Both the position numbers and the translations under genes were made by a program. A DNA stretch of 63,158 nucleotides, counting the filler, from Octopus bimaculoides (lineage: Eukaryota): the NCBI RefSeq assembly GCF_001194135.2. It is 5 parts of 5 records of this genome, joined end to end, with 100 filler letters (N's around TTAATTAATTAA, not from the genome) between each part and the next. Parts side by side here need not be neighbours in the genome. Positions count along the whole stretch, not along the records: positions 25,971 to 47,709 come from NC_068998.1; 4 more parts are not named here. The stretch is one strand, 5' to 3'. Below are positions 32,461-45,630 of this stretch, piece by piece. How positions within the stretch are numbered: the stretch's first letter is position 1; each line of letters begins with the position of its first letter. Under the pieces are notes generated by a model. That model saw nothing but the letters and a program-made list of their open reading frames with translations, was not told the DNA's origin and searched no databases.

Positions 32461-35400
32461 ATATGTATGTGTATATCATACGTAGACATTTTAATCTCAA
32501 TGTGATATTCTATAATATGCAAAAAAAAAAAAAAAAGAGAGAAAAAAGATTGAAAAGGAACAAGTTATTACTTCAATCATTTCAGTTTTTGTGGTCATCC
32601 TGTATATATAAGTATACATATATAATTGTCACGAAATATTCAAATGCAAGAAATGTAGAAATAATTCGATTCACTATGGCTCTAATTTCCAAGAAATCGA
32701 AACGCTTTGTTTATGATTATATGAAAATAGTTTGAAATTGATTGGTAAGTCCTTCAATTAATGGATACCGTCATAACTACATACAATCTTAGAGTTTTCA
32801 CATATTCCATTAAGTTTTTAAACTTTTCGTTTCTTCATTAAAATGGGGATTGCAACAAATCTGCATTAATGACGAATTGTGTTCCTATATTTTTCATTCT
32901 TAATAATGTCTGCGGTTTGCAGCTTAATTTGTTCACCGTAATTCTTTTTTTCTTTTTTGGATTATTGGTTTACAGCTATTAAAGTTCCTATCAAGAGCCA
33001 TTTGCATTTGGCTCGTCATTATGTGGATGTTATTGTTGGTTAGTCACAGGTCAGAGCTGACTGAGTATACCTATCGTAAAAATGTTTTCTAGACTCGGCG
33101 ATAAACTCCTTCTCCAACTGAGTACGTAATTTAGACTGAATTACCAAATGTCAGCAATTTAATGATGTTAGGAAGTAATTAGAGGCTGTTATTCATATCT
33201 GGATGAGTGAGCACTATAAAACTTACCCGTCAGAAATTTCAAAGCATCTTACTGGTGTCGATTTAATGAATGAAGCATTTCCTTAAATGTGGAAGTATTA
33301 TGCCAATAGTCAAAATCAATATTGGCTTTGGCTTTGTTGCATATATTTTCTCTTCTGTTGCTGTTATGATTGCAAACAGTTTCATGTAGTGCATATAAAT
33401 GAAGTATTGTTGAATTGCTTATGTCTAACTGCTTTGTCGTGATGACATTTCTTTTTCTTAATATAAATTAATGTACAATTTGCGATTTGATATTATTATA
33501 TCATCATATATTGATACTATATGTATGGCTCCACAACTTTCCCATTTCAATGTCTCTTAGCCATAGGTGTTTTCTAACAGATGAAAACAGAAACGTTTTG
33601 CAATGAAGCACGAAACATAATAGTTGATAACAACGTAAGAACATTTTCAAATGAAATATACAATACGTTTACTGCCGTTGCAATTTAGAGAATATTATGT
33701 AGCCGTTTTTTTACTATTTTTGAGTACCAAAGTATCGTTCCTGTTTTGTTTGTTTTGGTTTTTGTTTTGATGTTATTTCATAGTTTAGGCTTATTATATG
33801 TGAAAAGAGGTGTGGAATAAAATACTGAAATACGAAAGCAAAGAATGAAAACTTAACGAGAATGGAATTTAAAGCGAAGTAGTACGCGACACCGTATACT
33901 TCACATTTCATAACCTAACGTAAAGAAGCACATATAGGGAAGAGAGATAGGAAATATAGGGAAGCGAAGTAGGAAATAGAGTGAAGAGAAATGTAAGACA
34001 TTGAAAATTACATTTGGAAACAGAAAGAAATATATATATTCGGCGGCATTATGAAATTATGAAAGCATTGTGAAGATGGATGTAAAATTCGTTGTTGACT
34101 GGAATTATTGAAAATCGAACCCACAAACCTGAATTTATATCATTTTCTTCACACGGAAGGCGTCAACTATGTGTTCTGTCTCCAGGTAGTTGCATGCAGA
34201 GTATTAAAATACTGGTATTTGTTTCCGAATTCAAAGCTGTGATAATACTATAACGGCCAATACGAAATTACAAGTAAATAATCCTCTGTTTCCCTTTTCA
34301 TCAATATCATTAATCTGTGCGTTTAAATTACAAATCACAATAGGTATAATGAGAAATATTAATGGGAATCATATGCATTGTGGAAAAGAACTATATAACA
34401 GAAAATTATGCAATAAAAACACACCGGATGATTTTAATATTGGGGGGATGATACACTAAAATGATTTGCATACCCGAACATATTTCTTTATATATTTCCA
34501 TATATGTGTCAAGAGCTACAAAATGAAAGATATTCCCCCATTCAACACGCTAGAAAGAAGACCGACAAAGAAATAGTCACACGTTCTAGCATATCAAAGA
34601 AACATACACAGACTGGTACCATAGGTTCTCCAGGATGCTAGACTGGGCAGAATACCATATACATTTGATTATAATGAAAACAACATAATCATATGTGAGT
34701 ATATAGACGCTCATGTATACGCAAATCTACTAACTGCTATGAAGTGCACTTAAAGCTGTGCATCGATCACTAAATTCACAACAATGACATTTTAAACTTC
34801 TTTTGAATACCATACACACTAATTCGTATATTTACTGTACACATTCCACGCTCTTCAATGTCAATTATATCACTGAATACACTGCACCAGCAGAAGCAAA
34901 GCAACACCGTCACGTCAGATATTTTATCTCCCCAACATAGACTATCTTATCAAAACTCTTAAAAATTAACTGTATACTTTTCTTCTAGTCTGAAAAACAA
35001 AATTTGTTTTTAGTTGTTTTCATTAAGTAGGGATCTATGCCAATTCTAGGGTGGTGATTACGGTAATTTCAGTTGCTTATCTTATAACGTAAAGAATTTA
35101 ATATTCTTGTATTCCTTGTCAAAATAATCGGTGTGAAATATTATTATAACCCTCGGGTCTCCTCCCACATATTAATATTTTATACATGTATATCTCTGAT
35201 ATAATATAATTATCATTTACCCCCACCCCCCATTTTTAACTTTTAGGATATGTATAGATATATATGTAGAAAATCTCTCATGCAGCTAATATTTCGCTGT
35301 GAACAAAATGGTGCAAATACACCGAGTCAGTCCACACCCACCCTAACTAGACTGTTGGAAGTACACATTTCGGAGTTGTTATTTGATCTTAGATATCGGC

Positions 35401-36469
35401 GGCCAGGAAGGCAGAGGCAATCAACGATCAGTGCTTCGATATCACATTATAGCTAAGATGGAACTTTAAAAATGAGAGTGTTGTTTATCAAAAATTCTAC
35501 CACTAGTTTCAAACAAAAATAGCCAATGTTTGAAAATTTGATAATCGGCCTCTGCGGTAGACGAGACTATGTAAATGCAATGGGTGGCTGCCTATGCCTT
35601 GAAGTGCAAAGTTTCTCTCTCGACGTTTTGACGTGTAATAACAGATATATTCTATTGCTGTCACAGCCCATATACTTCCTCTCTTTAGCTATGTTGATCC
35701 AGTTTATCTTTAATAAGGAATAATTTCCTTGTATTCATGCATTCATTATAATGGCTACAACGTTAATTATATCAGCTTTACTGAATTCGAGTAGCTGCAG
35801 GAGGACCTTTATGAAGATGGTAAGGTAAAACTCTACGAATTTCAAATGGATAAATATGCATTTGGTTTTTTCCATTATATTGTATATACGTATATATTTA
35901 AATATTGCAAGTGGTAGTAAGTGATGCATTATCAATTGAAAGGAGTCTAAATTTCACTCATCATCGTGTGATTAACATAATTATTAAAATTTTATGAAGG
36001 AATCGTTGCTATGTAATGGTCATTAATTGAATAGTCCTTACATAAATAGTCGATCCTAATGGGAGAATGTTATAGTAATTTGATTGCCAGACGCTATTAC
36101 CAAGTAGGTGCAGATTTTAATAATGAGCATTTAGTTAATGAAATGATATTGTATGGCAGTATTATTTATGCAAGTGATTTCTCTTCACTATGTTTAGCAA
36201 GAAATAAAACCATACAACCAAATGAACATTTCTTCTTCATGCAGGTCAACTGTGTGGCAATACACTGTTCATAATATTTTAAAAGCGTTGTTATCTCGAG
36301 TACAGCTAATTATATTAGCTATATTTGTTTCGTATTACACTTCCTATAACATATATTATATACATATATTATATTCAGAGATATATTCCAATTAGGACCG
36401 ATAAAATCAATTCAGTCCATATGAAATATCTCGATGGTGTTGTTTACAAAATATGAAAAATATAAATTT

Positions 36470-36517
36470 AGCTACCAGGTGTAAAATAAAAATGTATTTA
36501 TTTTACACCTGGTAGCT
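36470..36517. other. Perfect 21-bp inverted repeat with a 6-nt loop
   Basis: AGCTACCAGGTGTAAAATAAA-AATGTA-TTTATTTTACACCTGGTAGCT. Confidence 0.95.
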
Positions 36518-36584
36518 GTCAGAAGAGAATATCCAGGTATGTAACAGTGAAGTGTAGGTTTTAAAGCAGCTATATATATATATA

Positions 36585-36619
<35 letters not shown>

Positions 36620-36671
36620 TTGTGTGTCTGTGTGTTTATATATATACATATAAACATATATNNNNNNNNNN

Positions 36672-36761
<90 letters not shown>

Positions 36762-39700
36762 CACATCCATAATCATGTACTGCTAGGCAAATAATGGCGG
36801 CACATTGGCAGACTTTTAAAACATCGGCTAGGATGTAATACGCTATCTTTTGTAGTCGCTGCACTCTCAGTTCAAGTCAACGTTGCCAAATTCTCATTCC
36901 TCTCTGTCAATAATTCCCGTTCAGAGCATTGTATTAACGGAATAGTTCTATTGACAGAACATGTTCTTGCACTCTTTCTTTGTTCTCTCTCCATCAGGTT
37001 CTTAATGTTCAACCTTACTTGACTTTCACCAATACCAAGTGTATTGCAACTCATTGCCATTATGCAAATTGTTTGAAAATAATGGTGTGCCTGTGAAATT
37101 GCACTGAGCACCCAAAGTAATGTCGTGTTAATATTTAAGAATTATATTCGTGCAAAGCTACAGTGTTATTTTTAACTTTATGCCCAATTTTACAAACGTG
37201 TGCATGCGGTCATACCTATGCATTCGATCAATCTAGTAAATATTGACACAAGTCGCAAATACCACATTAATATCTAGGGTATATTGTAAAAGATGACATT
37301 TATATTAGAACATTATTGGAGAGTCTGATGGAAACAAATATGGAGTATTGAGTGTTACAAAATTCGATCACTGCTATATTGGCGCAGGAATGTTAAACAA
37401 GGAGCCTAACAGAATTAAACTTCATTTCATTTGATATGCAAGATATAAAAGCAATTTAGTGAGAAGAGCGTTAAGTCTATTTTTGAAGGTTAAATCTGGT
37501 ATTTAACTGGTATTTTTGTATTTTTCTTTGCTTTGTCTCAGAAAGTTTTAAACAAAATAGCATAAATCTACACTTAGTTGCATTCCATGTTACATTTATC
37601 TCAGAATTCGCCTTCTGTGAATTCATTGCCTTTTAAAGCAGCTCTATTTTATCGAGGACGATACCTGTACATTTTGGGAAAGCGAAATGCAATATACTAA
37701 CTTTTCCATTTCTCCATTAAGTGTTAGACAAATACGTAAAGAAGAAAAGAACTTCAACCAAGTTTTCAAATACAGACTTAGCGTGATAAGAATTTAATCT
37801 ACATTATTTGCTAGGGTGCATTGTGAAATATTGATTTGTTTCATACCAGCCTTGACATCCTCAATATTGTCATTCAACATTGCGTCTTTATTCTATAAAA
37901 GTGATTACAATAACAACATGAATGGTGCAATGTATTATCTTTAGATAAAAGTATACCAGGGGGCTTCTACTTTGTCATTTGACCTTCTAGAACTGGAAGC
38001 AAAATAACACTAATACTACAATACACATAAAAATCGAGGTGATACTTACTTTTGGAAAATTTTGATTACAGGTCTTTTCAAACATTCTTTGGCAAACAGA
38101 ACAAGAACAGCAACAGCACTTTTTATACTGTTTTATTTGTAGATGAACATATTTTACTAATACGTTTAACACGCTGCCTATTAATTTGATATTTGTTCTG
38201 ATAATTAAAATTTAATTCCTGAGGAGAAAACTGCAATATTTTATGGCTATAATCTCCTTATATTGAAGAACATTGTATTTAAGGCACTTGGAAATCCCTG
38301 TTTCGGAAGTAAAATATTTTTAGTCGAACATAAATTGTCATAACGAATATAGTGAAGCCTTTTTGTTTAGCATTTGAAATATTACCGAATATTTTGATCC
38401 ATTGCCCGATTATGTTAAATATATATATCACAAATATGTCAAATGTATAATTCAAAACCCTTTCTAGATAAGTAAACCGTTTAGCAGAATTTTTACTTTT
38501 TCTGATTACTTTCTCTTGGGTATGTACTAAAATTCGTTTCAAATTGTAGCACAAAGTCAGCAAATCTAAGAGATAGAGCGAATATCAGTTACAGCTTCCT
38601 CAGCGCCCAAGTAACTCTTACTTTATTGGCTTCAAAATGAAGAATGCTAACCTCGGCCTCTGCGGAATTTGAACTCAAAGTTAATTTCCTCTAAGCATTT
38701 TGCACCAACTTGATATTTACTAATCAATTTAGTTTTAATTCCAAATGATGCTGTGTTCATCATGTAAGTTTTTCTTCTGAGATACTCGATGTAAAAAAAA
38801 AGAATCGGACTGAGGAATGAATTCCTATCAAATATATGTGATTCAATATTTATGTGGCACAATTGTAGAAGTAGGCCCCAGGTTTTAAGGACATATATTT
38901 TAGCTAGAAGTTTTAAAACATATCATAAGTATGTATTTTCTTATCTATATCATCTATAACACATGCTTAGGACCGATATAATCTAATATAACACGTATCA
39001 CTCATTTAATCCGCTTCATTTCATTAAATCATATAAAAAGCAAAACCTAAAATGTACTGGTACATTCCTTATAATTAGCGCTTCATATGCAACTCAGTTT
39101 TAGTAGTGTATGGATAATATTCGAGACAAAATATCTATTTTACTCGAAATAATGACGTGGTGAGATTACAAATAAGAAAATTAAACTTATACCCATTCAA
39201 ACAAAAAGTGTTTCATATTTCAATGATACCTTACTATTTAGGGTTAGAACTGGTCACTTGCACGGTCAAAATGTAACACTCATTTATATGCATCCACTGC
39301 AACGATACATTTCATGAGTTATCTACTCTCCAAATATTAAAAAAATTATGGCAACCAGTATAGAATCGTTTACATTTGCTTATTGATATTTCCGTTATTA
39401 ATGCAGAGAATATGTTAGAGAATATGAAGCCATAGCAAAACTAAATCCTGTCCAAAACGGTCTTCCCATTCATACCGAAATACATTACAAAATATATATT
39501 TTCTTGACTAATATTGATTTTCTCTTTAACCCATATAAACCGAGTCAGATTTTTAAGTCTTCATTTATTACGTGAAAGCTCTCTCAAAATAAATTAAAAG
39601 GAAATAAAAAGAAACGGAATTTGTAGAAAGGAATTTTATTGCATTTGTGAAAATTAAATTAAACATGTCTTCTGCAAAAATCTTCTACCCACTGTGGATA

Positions 39701-39991
39701 GAAAAGTTACAACGTTTTTTTCTAGTTCTTGAACACCTGCTCGCATACTGTTTGAAGAGTAGTACGTGGTTGTAGTGAATTAGATTCAACAACATCAGGT
39801 ATATTTCACTAATGGGCAAAAAATGCTAGCGAAGACAAAATGTGGAAATTAGGATGTCTGGGACACCTGAGATTTTGCGTGGCTTGTCAGAAACTTAAAA
39901 TGTTGACAGCTGTTGCGTTGCCAGATATTTTATCCACAGCAACACATATTCATTGATTAGTTAGCAAGCTTCATTAATATACTGCTATGCA

Positions 39992-40135
39992 AAGGTGGCA
40001 AGCTGGTGGAATCGTTACTGCGACAGGAAAATTTCAAATTCTGCGGAGGTCGACTTTGCCTTTCATCATTACGGGGTCTATAAAATAAGTACAAGTTGAG
40101 CATTGGGGCCGATGTAATCGACTCATCCCCTGCTA
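39992..40135 (+). mobile_element. SINE family A with internal deletion
   Basis: AAGGTGGCAAGCTGGTGGAATC..TTCAAATTCTGCGGAGGTCGACTTTGCCTTTCATC. Confidence 0.85.
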
Positions 40136-42324
40136 CTGTTTGCTTTTGGACATATGTGTATTTACAGTAAATTACACACTTCTATGTGTATTATTTTCAG
40201 CTTCCTGTTCGCTGCCACGAATGGGACGGTAATCTCTACAAATTATTTTGCTTGCAGCTCTAATATAACTATCGCTTTATCTCTCACACATACGCATGTA
40301 TGCATAAGGACGCATATGTATGAATGTATGTATGTATGTATGTATACATAAGAAGGCATATTTATGTATGTATGTATGTATGCAGACTCACACGTATAAA
40401 TAGATAGGTGCATTAGATATGCAAATATTAGATAGCTCGATCAATAGATAGAGAGATAGAGACATGGATATATACAAAGTCATATGATTGACAGGTAGAC
40501 AAAAATAAATAAATATATATAGAGAGATAATTTTGAAATTGCCGAGATAACAGATTGCAATCATTTATTGACAAGGTGTGTATTATAAATAAACATATCA
40601 ATTTTTAGTTACAACACCTAGTTTGTTTGGTTTTTACATATGACCCTATTGAATTCATATTCATACGCCTAATTAGGTAGTTTGAAATTGACCATTATAA
40701 CTTGCGATAACGAATTGTAGCTTAAAGTTATCATTTCCATTAAAATTATCAAATGGAAAATCATAAAATTATTTGAAAAATGCGAACATTTTTCTACTAA
40801 ATTATACATAAACTTTTTACTAAACACTTTAATATTCTCATTAATATATATTTTTGATACATTTAATTTATTTTTTTGGTTCTGTTTTTTTGGGTTTTTG
40901 TTCTTTTCTCTTCATACAAGGAAGTAAAAAACGAATTGATAATGTGCTGCATAACGAATTTTTATAGCAAGTTATTTTATACACATCATTAAATTATTGA
41001 AGCAGCATCAGTCCAGAACATGATTTTTTTTTCTGATGGTTTCTTACAGATTTATATTTTTAATATTTCGTAAGTCTTAAACTGAAAAATTAATGCTTTC
41101 CAAGTTGTATAATGCAGAGCATAATAATTGAAGAGTATGTCGAGCATACAATATTCAGCATATAAAAATAGATCTTAATATATGACGTAGGATGAGCACA
41201 ATTCATGTGCATTTCTTTCTTTCTCTATCCCCCTCCACCTCTCTCCCACTATGTACATGTGTGTGTGTGCGGGTGTACTTACATATGTGCATGTGTGAGT
41301 GAAAGTGTTCTTGCGTGTGTCTGTTTATTTCTGCAGTGTAAGCGGATATATCTATATCCTTGTCTGAAACACGGGATGGTTTTTTTTTTCTACAGCTGTC
41401 AATACGAAACAGGTATTTAGCAGTATATGTGCGTTGTTCCGTGAATAATTTCGTATACTTAGATGCATGTGTATTTAGAATGACATTGCGACTCATTGAA
41501 CAATTTCTTAAATCCTGTTTTCGCCCGTATACTTTACATTATGTAGTGAGAAACACACTGTTCATCAGTCCTATATTTATAAGCTCCACACAGTTTCTGT
41601 CAAATTTAATGGGTAATAAATATTTCTTAGCGTTTAAGATATTGAAAACATGCAAGGTTTACCAAGTTTTTCTTCCAACAAGCATTTACCCTGTATAGCA
41701 TGTACATATAGATATGTGTTTGTGCGTGTGTTTGTGGATTCGTTTTGTGCGTACATTAGTGTATGTGTATAAACATATTACTACCGAATTATGTGGCTTT
41801 CAAGAGTTTAGATTTTGCTCCTCATGATGAAAAGAGAGAAATGAAAGCTTTGGAACGTTACCTATTTAATTTTGTCGAAGGATATCTTAATCTGAGGTCA
41901 TTGAGTCCAAAAACATATCCCCAGCTCAATGAAATTTTAAAAATACATACTGTGTACGTCCATACATAAATACATAATACATACATACATACATGTATGG
42001 TTATTTGTAATTTAAAAGGCGGAAGCCCATGTACAATCGTCATTAAAGTGACTAAGGGTCCTTTCGGGGTCGATAAATTAAATACCAGTTGTGGACTGGG
42101 GTCAATCTAATCAATTGGCCCACTCCCCACAAAACTTTGAGGCCTAGAAAAGTATATTGTGACAGTTGCAGAATATAGAAAGTAATGTAACAGCAATGGC
42201 TAAATAATCCAACCAGAATATTTCAGTTACACAAACGTAAACGGTATTACTATACTTAAAATACATCGTACATATTCAAAGGACCTTATTGGTTTAGTGG
42301 TACAGGACGCTTCTCTGGTATTCA

Positions 42325-42545
42325 TTTATTTATAACTGTTTCAGCCATTTGACGGTAGCTATGCTGGAGCACCAACCTTTAGTCGATGAAATTGACCCCT
42401 GGACTAACTCCCTGTAAACCTGGTGCTTATTCTATCAGTCTCTCCTGCTGAACAGTTAAATTACATGGACGCAAATGTACCAACATTGGTTGTGAAGCAA
42501 TGGTGGTGGTGGGACAGACACACATACATACCTACATATATATTA
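42325..42545 (-). mobile_element. SINE family B, degenerate 3' half
   Basis: GTTTCAGCCATTTGAC..ATGCTGGAGCACC..CAACATTGGTTGTGAAGCAATGGTGG..GACAGACAC. Confidence 0.78.
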
Positions 42546-43825
42546 CGGGCTTGGTGGTTGTGATGATGCTAGCTTATGCGATTTTGTGGTTTGTTGGTAT
42601 GCAGAGAGAGATCCAGTGGGCTCCTAACTGGCTTCTCGATCTTAAAGGTGTAATGCAGTGTGTAATGATAGAGCGACTGGTGTGGTGGTGATGCGTAGAT
42701 ATATAACCATATCATGGTGAACTGAAGAGGCACCATCTTCACTTACAAATACAGCTGCAATTAAATGTTATTTAATATTGAACTAATCGAATGCTACACA
42801 GACAACGTGAATTATCTTGCTGATACTAGAACACGATAGTAGCACAGTGCATTTGACACATGATTGCAATATATGTACGTAAAAGTGAACTAATTTCATT
42901 TCTTGACAGAGTAGTTATGTAGTACGAATTAATCTCTTCGTTAAAACCAATTCTCGGTTATTTATAATTCATTTGAAAAGAACATTGTCGACAATGACTT
43001 CGAAGTTTTGCTCCGCTTTACCTTTACCGGATAATACAAGATTTGAGTTCGTCTTGGTTATACATAGTTTCTGAGCCAGTTGGAGCTCTGTTGAATTAAA
43101 ATTAGGTTCTTGGGTAACTTGTGATTGAAAGAACTTATGGAGATGTTTATACTTATTGATACGAATAAGCGCAATCATTTAGAACTTCTAATCAGGCGTT
43201 TCTACTCAGACATTAGGGTTGCTTTTAGGGGTTCACAAAATAGTATGTTGGTGAAACGGATAGTAGGTCAACAGATATTATTTTAAGCAGGACGAAACCT
43301 CGAAGTTGCAGTCAACATTATACTTGGTAGTGAATAATAAATACCTACTCTACCAAATGTTCTGAGTTATCCTTCATTTTAATGTAATATTAAGTTGTGA
43401 CTCGACATACAAACAGATATTGTCTATACACACACACACATAGTTGCATGCAATTATATATATGTGGTTTGCGTGTGAGATATACAGATGGAGAATTGTA
43501 AATGGTTATTTATATATGCATCCAATCATGAGTTGCAACACATATATTTATCAGTATATGATTATGTACATACACGTGCTAGTATGTATTCAATATTCGC
43601 TAGAATTCTCTTCTATCATTCTGTATATCATATTTCGAAATATGTGTCATTTATCTGATATCCTACAATGCTTTTCATTTAAAATCGCTCTGCGTCTACG
43701 CATCTAGCCTGTAAATGCAAAGTTCATAACGATTTTGGAGAAATATGAAGAAATTCACTTTAATAAACATCAGTTATGTAATGTCACAACGGATGCTGGG
43801 TTTATTACAATTGTCCCGAATTTGT

Positions 43826-44645
43826 GATATGGCTCTGTGGTAACAAGCTTGCTTCCAAACGACATGCTTCCGGGTTCAGCCCCATTGCGTGGCACTTTGG
43901 GGAAGTGTCTTGTAATAGATCACCAGACTAAGCAAAGACTTGCGAGTGAATGTGATAGTAGGTAAGAGAAAGAAGCCTGTCATTTATATATATATATATA
44001 TATTTGTGTGTATANNNNNNNNNNNNNNNNNNNNNNNNNNNNNNNNNNNNNNNNNNNNNNNNNNNNNNNNNNNNNNNNNNNNNNNNNNNNNNNNNNNNNN
44101 NNNNNNNNNNNNNNNNNNNNNNNNNNNNNNNNNNNNNNNNNNNNNNNNNNNNNNNNNNNNNNNNNNNNNNNNNNNNNNNNNNNNNNNNNNNNNNNNNNNN
44201 NNNNNNNNNNNNNNNNNNNNNNNNNNNNNNNNNNNNNNNNNNNNNNNNNNNNNNNNNNNNNNNNNNNNNNNNNNNNNNNNNNNNNNNNNNNNNNNNNNNN
44301 NNNNNNNNNNNNNNNNNNNNNNNNNNNNNNNNNNNNNNNNNNNNNNNNNNNNNNNNNNNNNNNNNNNNNNNNNNNNNNNNNNNNNNNNNNNNNNNNNNNN
44401 NNNNNNNNNNNNNNNNNGTATATATTTGTATGTGAGTGTCTGTGTTTGTGTCTCTACCAACTCTGGAAAATCGATGCTGGTGTGTGTATGCCTCCATAAC
44501 TTAGCAGTTATGCAAAGGAAACCGATACAATAGATACTAGGCTTACAATAAATAAGTCCTGGAGCCAACTTCATTGAATAAAATCCTTCAAGGTGTTGCT
44601 CCAGCATGACTGCAGTAAAAGACTGAACCAAGTAAAAGAATAAAA
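43826..44645 (+). mobile_element. SINE family B: head and tail separated by a gap at the internal microsatellite
   Basis: Head at 43826-43990 and tail at 44420-44645, both on the plus strand, flanking the (TA)n-bounded gap. Confidence 0.75.
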
Positions 44646-44754
44646 CAAAAAATACATATGATTAATTGTAGTCACCATTCGTAGTTCCAGAAGGTAAAGA
44701 CGAGCGAAATGCCACCAAGCATCTCACTCCGCATGTTAAAAATTCTGCCGGCAC

Positions 44755-44957
44755 AAGGCGGTGAGCTGGCAGATATGTTAGCACGCCGGGCGAAATGCTT
44801 AGCGGTATTTCGTCTGCCGCTACGTTCTGAGTCCAAATTCCGCCGAGGTCGACTTTGCCTTTCATCCTTTCGGGGTCGATTAAATAAGTACCAGTTACGC
44901 ACTGGGGTCGATATAATCGACTTAATCTGTTTGTCTGTCCTTGTTTGTCCCCTCTGT
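44755..44957 (+). mobile_element. SINE family A monomer within a locally copied segment
   Basis: Identical to 45494-45630 over the overlap. Confidence 0.92.
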
Positions 44958-45334
44958 GTAGTTCCATTCGTTCTGTTAATTGAAAACCTTATTTATAATA
45001 TAGGCTATAATCTTAACATCGTGTAGCAGTGATTGTCTCTATAATTGAAATCTTATCTGAAAAAATCGTTTACAATTTCTGACTTTAGTGCTTCACCTCT
45101 AATTAAATCATTTTGATAAGAAACTTTACCAAGTTACAATACGCTCACTCAAGTACCCTTCAGGAAGATCATAAGTTCACAATCTTTGTACAACTAAATA
45201 CAAGAAATGATATAGTGTAAGCAATCGATAAAGATATTGAATTAATGCAATCGTTATTCAGACACAATTTTGCCGTTCATATCATTATCGTTCCACATTT
45301 TGCAGAAGACCTGAAATTTCGCCGGCCGTGGCAC

Positions 45335-45630
45335 GTCGATTACATCAACCCCAGTGTTCAACTGGCGCTTATTTTACCGACCCCGAAAGTATGAAAGGTA
45401 AAGCCGACCTCGGCGGAATTTGAACTCAAAAGGTAAAGACGAGCGAAATGCCACCAAGCATCTCACTCCGCATGTTAAAAATTCTGCCGGCACAAGGCGG
45501 TGAGCTGGCAGATATGTTAGCACGCCGGGCGAAATGCTTAGCGGTATTTCGTCTGCCGCTACGTTCTGAGTCCAAATTCCGCCGAGGTCGACTTTGCCTT
45601 TCATCCTTTCGGGGTCGATTAAATAAGTAC
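45335..45630. mobile_element. Head-to-head pair of SINE family A copies (minus about 45335-45490, plus about 45494-45630)
   Basis: Both carry the GGTCG(A/G)CTTT.CCTTTCAT.CTTTCGGGGTCG block, in opposite orientations. Confidence 0.9.

Noticed and set aside
35388-35466. DIGGQ after an acceptor-like site, recalling small-GTPase or G-alpha switch II
   Set aside because: Following residues do not fit and no other G-box exons were found.
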